DNA of 64,000 bases from Malacoraja senta (Eukaryota). Below, piece after piece: positions 26,480 to 39,793 of this stretch (position 1 is its first letter; every line of letters begins with the position of its first letter). The stretch spans positions 9,054,001 to 9,118,000 of the forward strand of contig CM075989.1 in assembly GCA_038087875.1 (NCBI GenBank). The letters run 5' to 3'. Made by a program: the position numbers and the translations under genes. The notes beneath the pieces were generated by a model. The model did not search any database. It was not told where the DNA came from and saw only the letters and a list, made by a program, of their open reading frames with translations.

Positions 26480-26910
26480 GCACGCTGAGGGTTGAAGGGA
26501 GACCTGATACGAATACATAAAATGATGAGGGACTTAGATAGGATAGACAGTCAGAGCCTTATTCCCAGGGTGGAAGTGTCAAAGACTCGTGGGCATGGCT
26601 TTATGGTGAGAGGAGCAAATGTTAAAGGAGATGTGTGGGGAGTTTTTTTTCCATAGAGAGAGGTGGTTGCCTAAACACACTGCCAGTAGTGGTGGTGGTG
26701 GAGGCCAAGATGATAATGGTATTTGAGGTTTTTAGATAGTCACATGGGAATGGAGGGATATTTTAGATAGTGCAGGGAATGGAAGGATATGAAGCGGGTG
26801 CAGGCAGAAGAGATTAGTTTACCCTAGCATTATGGTTAGCATGGACATAGTGGGCTGAAGGGCCTATTCCTGTACAGAACTATTCTATGTTCTGTACTGT
26901 TCTATGTTCT
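26480..26910 (+). mobile_element. CR1-clade LINE 3' end (older subfamily)
   Basis: RLKGDLIRIHKMMRDLDRID..TRGHG motif and a tail matching the V-SINE tail. Confidence 0.75.
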
Positions 26911-27009
26911 TTATCAATACCCAGCATTGTAGCTCTTCATTGCAGTTCTCCAATTTAAATCTTCCAAACTTTCACTTTCATTTAGTGAATCTACATCTTT
27001 CCTGCTGTG

Positions 27010-27775
27010 TCATAGAGTCGCAGAGCATGGATACAGGCCCATCGGCCAAACCTGCCCAAACCGACCAAGATGCCCCATCCACACTAGTCCCATCTGCCTC
27101 TGTTTGGCCCATATCCTTATAAACCTTTCCTATCCAGGTACCTGTCCAAGTATCTTTTACATGTTCTACCTCAACCACCTCCTCTGGCAGCTCGTTCCAT
27201 ATACCCACTACCAACTGTGTGAGAAAGTTGCCCCTCAGGTTCCTATTAAATCTTTCCCCTCTCACCTTAAGGCTATACCTTCTGGTTCGTGATTTTCCTA
27301 CTCTGGGTAAAAGACTCCGTGCTTTCACCCTATCCGTTCCCCTCATGATCTTACATACTAGATCCGGCGGCATGGTGGCCCAGCAGTAGAGTTGCTGCCT
27401 TACAGCGCCAGAGACCCGGGTTCGATCCTGGCTATGGGTGCCGTCTGTACGGAGTTTGTACGTTCTCCCCATGACCGCATCGATTTTCCCCGGGTGCTCC
27501 GGTTTCCTCCCACACTCCAAAGACGTACAGGTTTGTTGGTTAACTGGCTTTGGTAAAGATTCTAAATTGTCCCTAGTGTGTAGGATAGTGCTAGTTTATG
27601 GTGATCGCACACTCGGTGGGCCGAAGGGCCTGACCCCATGCTGTGTCCCTAAACTAAACTAAACCTCTATAAGATCATCCATCAGCCTCCTGCACCACAA
27701 GGAATAAAGCCTGCCCAACCTCTCCCTATAGCTCAGGCCTTCGAGTCCTGGCAACATCCTCGTGAACCATCTCTG
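27010..27775 (-). mobile_element. CR1-clade LINE 3' end interrupted by a + strand V-SINE (27365-27663)
   Basis: ORF 26978-27520 is a chimera of SINE antisense and CR1 KIMRGTDRV..SRTRRYSLKVRG..WNELPEEVV; CR1 resumes at ~27665. Confidence 0.8.
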
Positions 27776-28688
27776 CACTCATTTCTGTTTAACAACTGTG
27801 TCCTTTCACTGTGCACTCTGTGCGAGTGAACTCTTCCCTTGGATATCGAAAGAAGATTTCTCTCAGTGTGTAATTGCTGCCAATTTGTATCTGATTTGTG
27901 TTCCCGATAAGGAAGTCTCAGGCACGGAAGAGTTGCCAAGACCGATGAGCAACCCCTTTCTATTTACTTGTTGCATTCTTTCTGCTACTATCTATTCCCC
28001 AGTTCTCAGACAATCATGTGTTAAAGAAGGAACTGCAGATGCTGGAAAATCGAAGGTACACAAAAATGCTGGAGAAACTCAGCGGGTGCAGCAGCATCTA
28101 TGGAGCGAAGGAAATAGGTAACGTTTCGGGCCGAAACCCTTCTTCAGACAATCATACTGTTATGAGAAAACAGCAATAAGAGCCTTATCAAAACATTTCC
28201 ACCAGTAGTGTACATAAAATCTGAACCAGTTGTGTTTTACGTTAGGGTAGAAACCCAACCAGCACTGTATGTGTACTGCACTGTTCGAACACAATGGAAA
28301 ACAGATCAAGTTGTTCTACAATTTACTGCTGTTTTGAAGACTTGCTGTGTGCAAAATAGTTGCCCTCATAACAAGCAGTGTATGTGAATGTCTTGCCTTG
28401 TTTCTGTGAGATGTGATGAGGCTTGGTGGAGCAAAACATGAGGCAGTGTCAGGAGGCTAGTAACCAGGGAAGAGACAAGAGACTGCAGATGCTGGAAACC
28501 TGAGTAAAAGAGCAAAGTGTTGGAGGAACTCAATGGACCAGGAATCTGTGGAGGGACACAAAAATGCTGGAGAAACTCAGCGGGTGGAGCAGCATCTATG
28601 GAGCGAAGGAAATAGGCAACGCTTCGGGCCGAAACCCTTACTCTGCCTACAAAGATCCTGACCCAAAATGGACCCGGTCTGTCTATAA

Positions 28689-29154
28689 AGGGCCTGTCCC
28701 ACTTGGCCGTCATTTGCGCCTCATTTACGCGTCATATGTAAAATAGGTCGACGCGTCGTGACGTGTGGGGTGCGCATGGGTAACGCACACAATGCGCAGG
28801 ATGAGGCATGGAATCGCATGCGGTGGCGCGCGGTTCCACGGGTGCTCCAAGATTTCTTAGTGTAACGAAATCCTCGCGCGCCACCTGTGTGACGTATCGC
28901 GTATGCATGCTGACGCATTGGCGTCACACACTGGCGTCCCGACGTCTCACGTGTATCGCTCGGTGACGCACGGTTACGTCACCGTGCGTCAAAGTCCGTA
29001 ACCATGCGTCGCCGCGCGCCGCAGGGTATTCTAATGACATCACACGCACCAGATGGCTGTGCTGACGCGTGATTTGCGCACGACGTCGCGTATCACGACG
29101 CTTTGACCTATTTTACATATGAGGCGCAAATGACAGCCAAGTGGGACAGGCCCT
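28689..29154. mobile_element. PIF/Harbinger-like MITE with CpG-rich body
   Basis: ~37-bp TIRs agggcctgtcccacttggccgtcatttgcgcctcat; flanked by taa/tta; inserted inside a Penelope terminal module. Confidence 0.8.
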
Positions 29155-31554
29155 TTACCCTCCACAGATGCTGCCTGACCCTTCAAGTTTCTCCGCTGGT
29201 TTAAGATTTATAATTATGATTATTTTATGGTTATGAGATAAAGCAAAAAACTTGCAAGTTATTATAATCCAGAACACACTGCCTTAACGGTATTGGAAAC
29301 AGATTCAATAGTAATTCTCAGTTTTCCTTGTCAGCAAAAATATCAATTAAAAATTAAGCTATTTAACAACAATTTTTCTCAATCAATATTTACCCAACGT
29401 GTAGGATGCTGGTTGATACCAAAGATAGACATAAGGTGCTGGAGAAACTCAATGGGTCAGGCAGCATCTCTGAAGAAAAAGGATGGGTGATGTCTCGTGT
29501 CGGGTCCCTTCTTCATATATCCAATGTTAGGGTCACTTTAACTTGCAATATAATAAATCAGCTCCAAGTTTAAATAAATAAATGATCAAATTAATTCACT
29601 TGCATTATCCTTTAGCTAAACATAATTAATATACATATCTGTCAATGTTGGCGGAAAAACTCAATATTGACATAAAGATTTTTAAAAGGTGTCGGTACAC
29701 CATACAGCCACGCACCATCACAAAAAAAGCACTCATCATTCTTAAGAAAGAAATTGTTAAGTAGTTGTCTGTGTTTACATGGAAAGGCCAGGGGATTGCT
29801 CTTTACAGAGAAGCGCCACAGCACAAGGAGCAGAACGACGCCCCTTCCTTCCTGTTGTGTGATTCACGCACGGGGAAGGTAGGAACTCAACCATCACACC
29901 GCCAGTGGTATTGGTAGAAGTGAGATGTGGGCCAGTGCTAATTCCAGACGATTGTTGCCCTCACATCTCACTATCTGTCAGTCACTGCACCTTTGTCGGC
30001 TCGACTCATTGGGATCATATGAAACAACGGCACGTTGCTCCCAGCAATAATTACAGTCGTAATAATCCTAATTACAGTCAGGATTGGAAAGCCAAACCAT
30101 CTCCAGTAGCTGAGCCACAATTCTACAGCGTTATCCAAAATAACCAGTGTCCGGGATACAGTAGCTATGAGAGAATCCCTTTAATCAAAGCGGTCTGTTT
30201 CTTTCCAGGGATTTTCTGGTCCACGCTTTGGATCAATGTCGGCTTTCAGTCCTGTGATCCTTAACATTAAGGTTCACATCAAATCCCTCCCTGTATCTGC
30301 AACCTGCCCCAGCCCTGAAATCCTTGGAAATATAGAGCATAGAACAGAATAGTGCAGCAAAAACAGACCCTTTGGATTCACAATGTCTGTACAGAACATG
30401 ATACTAAGACCAACTCTCATCTACCTGCACATAATCTATATCCCTCCATTCCCTGCATCAATCCAATATGCATGTCTTCAGCTCGAAGGGCCAAATGGCC
30501 TACTCCTGCACCTATTTTCTATGTTTCTATCTGTGCTTCTCCAGTTCTGGCCACTCTCGCAAGTCTTGTTTTATCCACTCCAAATTTTGTTTTTATAACA
30601 GAATTATAACAGAATCCCTAAGCTTTAGAATCTATTCCCTGTGGGAAAGGCAAGAATGTCACAAACATATACCAACAGTAACAGCTTTGATGACTGCCAT
30701 GATAAAGGATGACATTGTGGCTCAGTTCTTCTTATCGAGTCCACATCACAAGATTACAAATTGTTCAGCCAGAGCTTCTTGGCATCTTGCGCTTCTTGTG
30801 CTTCTTGTCCGTGGTGGTGGAAAGATTGGTGGAAACAGGGCCGCGACATGAACGCTCTTTCCTTGACCCCGTGGCTTAGTTGATAGAGTTACTGCCTCTC
30901 AGCACCAGATATCCTGGTTGAATCCTGACCTCTGGTTCTGTCCATGTGGAGTTTGCATATTCTTTCTGTGCCCGTACAGATTTCCTCCTCCATCCGAAAG
31001 CCATCACTTGTTGCAATAGATGATGGTGGTAGCAGAATTAGCTCGGGAAACTTCCAGTTCCCAGCCCCGCTTCTGCTATGTGCCTCCTCATCTTGCCTGT
31101 AACGGGGGGCGACTAGACCTGCACACAATACTCTAAATGCAGTCTAACTAAAGTCCTATAAAGCTACAACATGACTTCCTGACTCTTATACTCATTTCTC
31201 GTACCTATGAAGGCAAACATATTATATGTCCTCTTTACTAGTTGATCTACTTGTGTTGCCATTCAGGGAGCTATAGACTTGGACTATAAAATACCCCTAT
31301 ACAACAAAGCTGCTAAGGGTTTAGCCATTAACTGTATACTTAACATTCAACCTCCTAAAGTGCAACACCTCACGCCAGCTTGGTTTAAACTCCATCTGCT
31401 ATTTGCCTGCCCATATCTATAACTGATCTATATCCTGCTGAATCCTTTGATAGCCTTCTTCACTATCCAAACATCCACCAATATTGGTGTCCCAGTCATT
31501 TATATATATCACAAACATCAGAGTTCCCAGCATCAGAACCCTGCAGAACACCAC

Positions 31555-31862
31555 TGGGCCTGTCCCACTGTACGAGGTAATTCAAGAGCTCTCCTGAGTT
31601 TTAAAAAAAAATCAAACTCGTGGTAAGTACGTAGAATGTACGTAGCGGCTACGTCGGAGCTCGTGGATGTCTCGTAGCGGCTCGTAATGCTAACGGCAGG
31701 TACTCGGGAAACGCGGTGACTCGTGAAGTTTTTTCAGCACTGTGAAAAATGTCCACGAAAGCCCCGAGTACCTACGAATGGCTATAACCGTAATTCTCCA
31801 AGTTAGAATCGGGGGAAACTCGGGAGAACTCTTGAATTACCTCGTACAGTGAGACAGGCCCT
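31555..31862. mobile_element. PIF/Harbinger-like MITE
   Basis: TIRs gggcctgtcccactgtacgaggtaattcaagag / ctcttgaattacctcgtacagtgagacaggccct; interior related to 59858-60227. Confidence 0.8.
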
Positions 31863-32187
31863 TAACACCCCGCCACCACTACCCTCTGTCCTCTGTGGCT
31901 AAGCCAGTTCTGGATGATACAATCTGAGGGACAATGGACAAAGATTGTTTATTTGTCACATGTACCGAGGTAGAGTGAAATAGAATTTTGTATACAGTTC
32001 AGTACAAGTATCACTATACATAAGCACTTGGATACATCTTAGATAAGCACCTCAGTTGATGAAGAGATGGGAAGTGGGGAAAAATGGGATTAATATAGGA
32101 TAAGCATAAATGGTGGTTGATGATCAGCATAGACTCAGTGGGGCTGAAGGGCCTGTTTCTGTGTAGCATGTGTCTATGATTCTGATA

Positions 32188-32617
32188 GTAGAAACATAGA
32201 AAACATAGAAAATAGGTGCAGGAGTAGGCCATTCGGCCCTTCGAGCCTGCACCGCCATTCAATATGATCATGGCTGATCATCCAACTCAGTATCCTGTAC
32301 CTGCCTTCTCTCCATACCCCCTGATCCCTTTAGCCACAAGGGCCACATCTAACTCCCTCTTAAATATAGCCAATGAACTGGCCTCAACTACCTTCTGTGG
32401 CAGAGAATTCCACAGATTCACCACTCTCTGTGTGAAAAATGATTTTCTCATCTCGGTCCTAAAAGACTTCCCCCTTATCCTTAAACTGTGACCCTTTGTT
32501 CTGGACTTCCCCAACATCGGGAACAATCTTCCTGCATCTAGCCTGTCCAACCCCTTAAGAATCTTGTACGTTTCTATAAGATCCCCCCTCAATCTTCTAA
32601 ATTCTAGCGAGTACAAG
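32188..32617 (-). mobile_element. CR1-clade LINE 3' end (young)
   Basis: Intact RT C-terminal ORF YSLEFRRLRGDLIETYKILKGLDRLDAGRLFPMLG...; (tctatgtt)n tail. Confidence 0.9.
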
Positions 32618-33914
32618 TGGGGACTGACCAGCTGTGAAAACCATTCTGTTGCACGAGTTGGTCAGATGCCGTAGGCATCTCTGTCCTTGCTCTGGGACAC
32701 CCCTGCAACGGACTGTTCCAGCTGCTACGTTCAGGCAAACACCTCCGTTGCCATGCTGTGAGAATGGAGAGGTTGAGAAGAGGAGTTTCTTCGCAGAAGC
32801 CACTAGGCCTGTAAACTCCTAACTCACCAGGGACTAACTTTACTCTACCACTCTACTGCTTTTTTTTTTTTAAATTGCTGTTTTTTTTGTGTGTTTTTTT
32901 TTCCCTTTTTCCTTCCGCCCACAATATTTAATATGTAAAAGAATATGTGATTCTGTTCCATTCTGTTTGTAGTTTGTTTGTTTGTTTGTTTGTTTGTTTG
33001 TCTTTTTGCACAAAGTTCGCGAGCGTTGCCACTTTACATTTCACTGCACATCTCGTATGTGTATGTGACGAATAAACTTGACTTGACTTGACTTGGGATG
33101 GACCTGGACATCTGCACCCTGGGACCATGCTGCAAGGCAGCTACCACCTCTGAGATACAGAAGACCTGCCCCATTAACACACTGTACATTGGCGTGTGAT
33201 AAAACTGGAGAGTCACACACAGTCCGTTCCAACTTTTACCAAGAGCAACCCAAATAGTCCTACTCCCAGTTTTTGCACCAAACTTAACTTTAAGTCCAAT
33301 TCCCTTCTGAAAGCCACTTTATATCCTAACCCTCCTGGACACAGCAGACACAAAGGGGGTGGGGGGGGGGGTGGACACACATAGCAGAGCTTAATTTAGT
33401 TTAATTTAGTTTATTGCCACATGAACCAAGGTACAGTGAAAAGCTTTTGTTGCGTGCCATCCAGTCAATGAAAAGACAATACATGATTAGTAAACATAGT
33501 GTGCGGCAGTGTGTCTGGAGTGATGGTGGAGGCAGCGTTTATGAAGGGTACACATGGTGAGGGCTAGTACATTCTGAAGGGCACACACGGTGCAGGGTAC
33601 TGACAACATGATGGCGAACACTGGGCTGTACACAGACATGCTTGTTAAGTTATTTAAGTGCAATGAGCATATTTGCTGGTTTTGTAATACTCCGAGTTGT
33701 TTCTCTTGGGTTGCCCTGTATTTACACAGCTGAGGTGGTGGAGTATAATCTCTCTCTTGGAAGTATATCTGTCAACTTCCACGTTAGACACAGATGCCAA
33801 GCAGCAACTTTTTGTGGGATGTCTACGTTGCTCTCAGTCAGTAAACCACAGGCGTAGACAATGCCGCAAGACCCAGTTCTGATCGGGGCTGTGGAAATTA
33901 CGCAGAGAATTTGA

Positions 33915-35085
33915 GTTAGGCTATGTCTGAATGGTAATCGTTGACTACAACTCAGCTGACAACTCCATAATTCTCAATAAGGTCATCTCTAAACTCCTGG
34001 ACCTTGACCTTGGGTCCTCCATCTGTAACTGGCTTCAGGACTTCACGACTGGTAGAACTCAGTCGGTTACAATGGGTCAGAACATTCCCTCCAGGCTGAC
34101 CTTCAACACTGGTGCTCCTCAGGGTTGGGTGCTCAGTCCCCCGCTCTACCCCCTGTGTGGCCAACTAGAGTGCCAACCCTGTCGTTAGATTCACTGATGT
34201 TGCCACTGTTGTCAGCTGGATCAACAATGATGAAACAGAGTACAGGAAAGAGATCGGGAACCTTGTATCGAGCTGTCAAAACAACCTAGCCCTTAACATC
34301 AGCAAGACAAAAGATTTGGTTGTTGATTAGGAAACAAGGGGGTGAACACCTCATCAATGGAGCTGCTGTAGAGATGTTGACAAGTTCAACTTGCTTGGCA
34401 TCCTTACCACCAGCAACCTAATCTAGTCCTTTCACACTGATGCTGAAATCAAAAAAAGCACCCAATCATTCTGACTTTCTTGTGTATTTACTTTCTTAGG
34501 CGACTGAGAAGATTAGGCAGGGTTATGAGGATGCTCGCAAACCTCTACAGATGTGCTATATAAGGTACTAAGTGCTGGAGTAACTCATTGGGTCAGGCAG
34601 CATCCCTGGAGAACATTGATGGCCGCTGCTTTGGGTCGGTACCCTTCTTCATTCTGAAAGGGGTCTCAACCCAAAATGTCACCTATCCATGTTCTCCAGG
34701 GAAACTGCCCGACCTGCTGAGTGACTCCAGCACTTTGTGTTCTTTTGTGCATTAGCCAGCATCTGCAGTTCTTTGTTTCTGCTACAGAAGGTATTTCAAC
34801 AAGGTGCAGCTCAGCTTGATAAAGCAACTGCTCTGCTCTTTGGCTGCCAGAACCTGCAGAGAGTGGTGAACACAGCCCATTCCATCACAAGCTCGGCGCT
34901 TCCTCCCATCCAGTCCATCTTCACGGTGTGTTGCATCAGGAAGGCTGGATGTGTCGTCAGGGATTCCTGCCACCCTGGTCATTCCCTTTTCTTTCTTCTA
35001 CCTTTCGGAAGAAGATACAGGAGCTTGAAAGTGTGGGTTCCAGACTTAAGAACAGTTTCTTCCCCACTGCTATATGAATCCTGAA
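33915..35085 (+). mobile_element. Rex1/Babar-like LINE RT fragment (degenerate), interrupted by a hairpin element at 34568-34779
   Basis: VDYNSA..CNWLQDFTTGRTQSV..NTGAPQGWVLSP; later LQRVVNTA..HPGHSLFFLLPFGRRYRSL. Confidence 0.85.
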
Positions 35086-35387
35086 TCAATCACCTTTATC
35101 ACACCCCCTTCCCAAAGGTGCTGCCACACACTCCAACTCTTAACTCTGCCTCACTCAGTTATTCTATTGTTGCAGCTCAGAATTTTCTCTTTATGTTTGC
35201 GTTACCTCAGACTGCACTACAAACTTTGCACTACCCTGCTGTTTTGCACTCATTGTATTTATTGTTGTATCAACCACTCTCTGTGTGAAATAATTCCTTC
35301 TCGGATCACCTCCCCACCTCCTCACCTTTAACCTCTACCCTCTTATCTTAGACACCCCCACCAAGGGAAAAGGATTCTTGCTTTCTA

Positions 35388-35792
35388 TTTAGAAACATAG
35401 AAACATAGAAAATAGGTGCAGGAGGAAGCCATTCGGCCCTTCGAGCCAGCACCACCATTCATTGTGATCATGGCTGATCATCCCAAATCAATAACCCGTG
35501 CCGGCCTTCTCCCCATATCCCTTGATTCCACTAGCCCCTAGAGCTCTATCTCTCTTAAATGCATCCAGTGATTTGGCCTCCACTGCCCTCTGTGGCAGGG
35601 AATTCCACAAATTCACAACTCTCTGGGTGAAAACGTTTTTTCTCACCACAGTCTTAAATGGCCTCCCCTTTATTCTAAGACTGTGGCCCCTGGTTCTGGA
35701 CTCGCCCAACATTGGGAACATTTTTCCTGCATCTAGCTTGTCCAGTCCTTTTATAATTATATGTTTCTATAAGATCCATGTACCCCCCTCAT
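35388..35792 (-). mobile_element. CR1-clade LINE 3' end
   Basis: ORF FPMLGESRTRGHSLRIKGRPFK..VVNLWNSLPQ. Confidence 0.88.
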
Positions 35793-37349
35793 AATTTCAT
35801 ATTTCATATTTCATGTACCCACCCCCTCATAATTTTGCACGCCTAATCTATGTTGAATCTTAACCAGTACTGAGCCTGCTGCAAACTAATAAGCTGAGGT
35901 CAAATATTGATCACATCTAGATTCTTCACTGTATAAGGTTGCAGAATTTGGTTAGTAAACAAATATAGGTTCAAAGAGCACAGTCCTGGACTAAACTGCT
36001 TTGGGATATTTATGGCCCTCAATTCAGAGACACAGCAGAAGGTGCAAGAAGGATTCACAATGATAGGAAAGTATCTACAGCCAATAAATGTTACTAGTTT
36101 AGAGGGTAGGGGCGGAGAGCATGCAGGAGCAGGGGTGAGGTGTGGAAAGGAAGGAGATGATGTGTTCAAGATGGAACAACTACATCCACACTGTGGCTGC
36201 AGAATGGGAGTCACGAACTGTGCATTCTGTGCAGAATGTGACTTACCGCTGGACTCCCCAAACTCTTCCAACCCCCCCCGGAAGGCAAAAGCCAGGAGCG
36301 CAGCAGAGTGCTCTCCACTTGCTTTGGAACAGAGCAGCTTAAATAATGCTCAGAATGTTTGGCACCACCTAGCCTCAGAATAAAAGGACCTATCTTAATA
36401 AAGGAGATGAAGAGGATTTTTTTTTAGTCAGAGTGTGGTGAATCTGTGGAATTCATTGCCACAGACGTCTGTGGAGGCCAAGTCATTGGGTATTTTTAAG
36501 GTGGAGATTGATAGATTCTTGAGCTAAATTCTTGATTAGTGTCAAAGGGTTATGGGGAGAGGACAGGAGAATGGGGTTGAAAGAGAAAGATAGATCAGCC
36601 TTGATTGAAAGCCGGAGAGGATTCGATGGGCTGAATGGCCTAATTCTACTCCTGTGACTTATGAGCTTATGTACCAGAGGAGCATCATGACTGGATAATG
36701 ACATGATTACAATTTCAATACATTTGATAAGAAAGCTGGTTCCACTTGTGAGATCGGAATAGATTAGTCACATTTTTTTGTTCATTCAAGGGATGTGGAC
36801 TTTGCAGGCTGAGCCAGCGTTTAATTGCCCATCCCCAATTGCCCTCGAGAAGGTGGTGGTGATCTGCAAATGTTGAAATGTAGCAGTCTTTGAGGTGTGG
36901 GTATCCCCACAATACTGTTAGCAAAGGAGTTCCACATGCTTCAGATTCCTGTCAAACGGGCTATTGTGTCCTGCTTGGTGCCAAACTGCTTCTTGTTTAA
37001 ACTGCACTCATCCAGAAATGTGGTGAGTGTCCCATCATCAATATTAAATCAAATAGTAAATGAAGGGAAATCTCTTACCCAGGGAGTGGTGAGAATGTGG
37101 TTAAGAACTCTCCAACCTCTAACAACTGGGCCTTGAAAATTGTACCAAATCTGGTCACTCTGCATACTCTGAAAGTGTTTATGTATCGTCATACTGGGAC
37201 TGAACTATATGCAAACATGAATTTCACCGTACCTCTGGACATGGGACAAATAAAGTACCATTGCACTTCTTCTCATTGGGAATTGAGGTGACGATGAGAT
37301 ATGAGAAGCAGCTGCACTGTCACAAACAAAAGAAAGATTCTGAAGAATA

Positions 37350-37805
37350 GTCAAGAGAGTTTATTGTCATGTGTCCCAGATAGGACAATGAAATTCTTAC
37401 TTGCTGCAGCACAACAGGATATTATAGGCATAAATACAGATCAGATCAGATCAGATCAATGTGTCCATATACCATAGAATATATATATATACACATAAAT
37501 ACACAGATAAAGTGCAATAGGCTGTTATAGTTCATAGTTTGTTTGAAGTTGTGTTTAATAATCTGATGGCTGTGGGGAAGTAGTTGTTCCTGAACCTGGA
37601 TGTTGCAGATTTCAGGCTCCTGTACCTTCTACCTAATGGCAGCGGAGAGATGAGTGTGTGGCCAGGATGGTGTGGGTCCTTGATGTTGGCAGCCTTTTTG
37701 AGGCAGCGCCTGCGATAGATCCCCTCGATGGTAGGAAGGTCAGAGCCGATGATGGACTGGGCAGTGGTTACAACCTTTTGCAGCCTTTTCCGCTCCTGGA
37801 CGCTC
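37350..37805 (-). mobile_element. Rex1/Babar-like LINE 3' end
   Basis: Reverse complement matches the 730-1110 copy, including the stem-loop tail. Confidence 0.75.
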
Positions 37806-38173
37806 AGGAGTGGAATACCTTCAATGGGTCAAGATGTACAGGGTGGTGGATATTTCTTTTTAGACCCAAGTAACTGTACGGATAGTAAACACTCAACCGA
37901 TCAGACAGCATCAATGGGAAGAGAAATTGGGTTAATGTTTCAGGTGGTAGACCTTTGTCAGAATAGTACAGCGCAAGGGCGGTATAACACAAGACCAGTA
38001 TAACCCCGGAGTATTAGAGGGTGCGGGGTTTTACATGGGATGAGCTGCCAGAGGAGGTAGATGTGGCAGGTATAATAACAATATTTAAAAGGCACTTGGA
38101 CGGGCACATGGATAGGAAAGGTTTAGAGGGATACTGACCAAATGCGGGCACGTGGGACTAGCTTACAAAGGGG

Positions 38174-38403
38174 TTTAGCGGAGCCGAGACCGAGAGTTGG
38201 TTCAATGATGTTTATTATGAACAGTAACAAAGAACAACGCGAGTGTATCAGACAGCTAAATAAACGATGCTGCATCCACAAGTGTGGAGCTCGACTGAAT
38301 GTAAATGACAGAAAGCGCGCGAAACACGCTCCCCACGCCCACATGACTGGAGTAGCCAATCCGAGCGTTTGACTACCCCAAGGCACCAGTAGGTGCCGCT
38401 ACA
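38174..38403 (-). mobile_element. Probable solo LTR (Gypsy-like) inside a CR1 tail
   Basis: Termini tttagcgg (probably from tgtagcgg) ... ccgctaca; 4-bp TSD gggg on both sides; AATAAA near the 3' end on the minus strand. Confidence 0.65.
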
Positions 38404-38738
38404 GGGGTATCTTGGTCAGCATGAACGAGTTGGGCTGAAGGGCCTGTTTATGTGCTGTATGACTCTATGACTCTCTGCTGGACTAACTCAGCAGATCAGG
38501 CAGTATTTGTGGAGGAAATGGATAGGTGACGTTTCGGCCTGTCCATTCCCCCCCACCCGCTCTTTTCCTGCCTGACCCAAGTTCTTCTTGCTCAGGATTC
38601 TAGCACCTGTAGTTCCTTGTTTCTCCACCAGGACAGTACGAACAGATTGGGTCAACGGCCTGTTTACGTGGTGCATGTTGACCACAGCTCTGTGTGAGAT
38701 CTGATGATCTACCTGTATTCTCTCCTGCTGTGTCTCAG

Positions 38739-38848
38739 GCTCCTGGTCGGCGCGCCGTGGGCTGGCGTTGGGAAGCAGAAGACCGGCGATGTGTACAGGT
38801 GTCCAGTGAAGAACCAGACAAGCTATGGCTGTGGCAAACTGAACCTAG
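38739..38848 (+). CDS. ITGA11: Integrin alpha-11-like, exon 3 (FG-GAP repeat)
   Basis: tctcag|G...CTAG|gtattg; 110 nt, phase 2 to 1; LLVGAPWAGVGKQKTGDVYRCPVKNQTSYGCGKLNLG. Confidence 0.95.
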
Positions 38849-39341
38849 GTATTGTATGTGTCATCATGTCAGGGGGGGGGTTATTTCACAAAGGGGGGGG
38901 GGGCCGATTGGGGTTGAGAAAAGAAAATCCCTCATCCTCACCTGATTCTGTATCACTGAGTTGTAGCAACAACTGATCGCTAGGAGTGGGCCGGTAAGAG
39001 GGTGAACTGGGGTAACGCCTCCAGCAGGAGGCGCCCCCGGGACATAAGGATGGCGAGGAGAGGAGAGGAGAGGGATGTCAGTTTGAGGGAACTGCTCCAG
39101 TACGTCGAGCATGCGGGACGATCCCGCACTTTGGACTTTTAATGATGGCGCCAAAATTGCAACGCCTGCATGTGTAATATAGAAGCATGGAAACATAGAA
39201 AATAGGTGTGGGTGGGCCATTTGGCCCTTCGAGCCAGCACCGCCATTCAATATGATCATGGCTGATCATCCAAAATCAGTACCCCGTTCCTGCTTTCTCC
39301 CCATATCCCTTGATTCCCTCAGCCCGAAGTGCTGAATCTAA

Positions 39342-39793
39342 AGAGCCTGTCCCACTTTCACGACCTAATTAGACAATAGACAATAGGTGCAGGAGTAGGC
39401 CATTCGGCCCTTCGAGCCAGCACCGCCATTCAATGTGCTCATGGCTGATCATCCCCAATCAGTACCCCCGTTCCTGCCTTCTCCCCATATCCCCTGACTC
39501 CGCAATTTTTAAGAGCCCTATGAAAGCATCCAGAGAACCGGCCTCCACCGCCCTCTGAGGCAGAGAATTCCACAGACTCATGATTCACGACCTTTTTTAC
39601 TCGTGGACATTTTTCATCAGGCTAGAAAAACGCCCCGACCTAGTTGATGCCACGAGTACCTACGACTAGCATCACGACCTGCTACGACCTACCTATGACC
39701 TACTACAACCTTGTGACAACCATGCTGCGAGTATGAGTCAAGGGCAAACTCGGCAGAGGTCGTGAATTAGGTTGTGAAAGTGGGACAGGCCCT
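39342..39793. mobile_element. PIF/Harbinger-like MITE carrying a nested CR1 tail (39371-39580), itself inside a CR1 tail
   Basis: TIRs agagcctgtcccactttcacgacctaatt / aattaggttgtgaaagtgggacaggccct; TAA TSD; removing it restores the host atctaactctct. Confidence 0.85.

Noticed and set aside
30209..30272. AG...GT bounded segment as an extra exon in intron 2
   Set aside because: Exons 2 and 3 already join in frame with the expected W-LLVGAP continuity; no integrin similarity and a weak donor.
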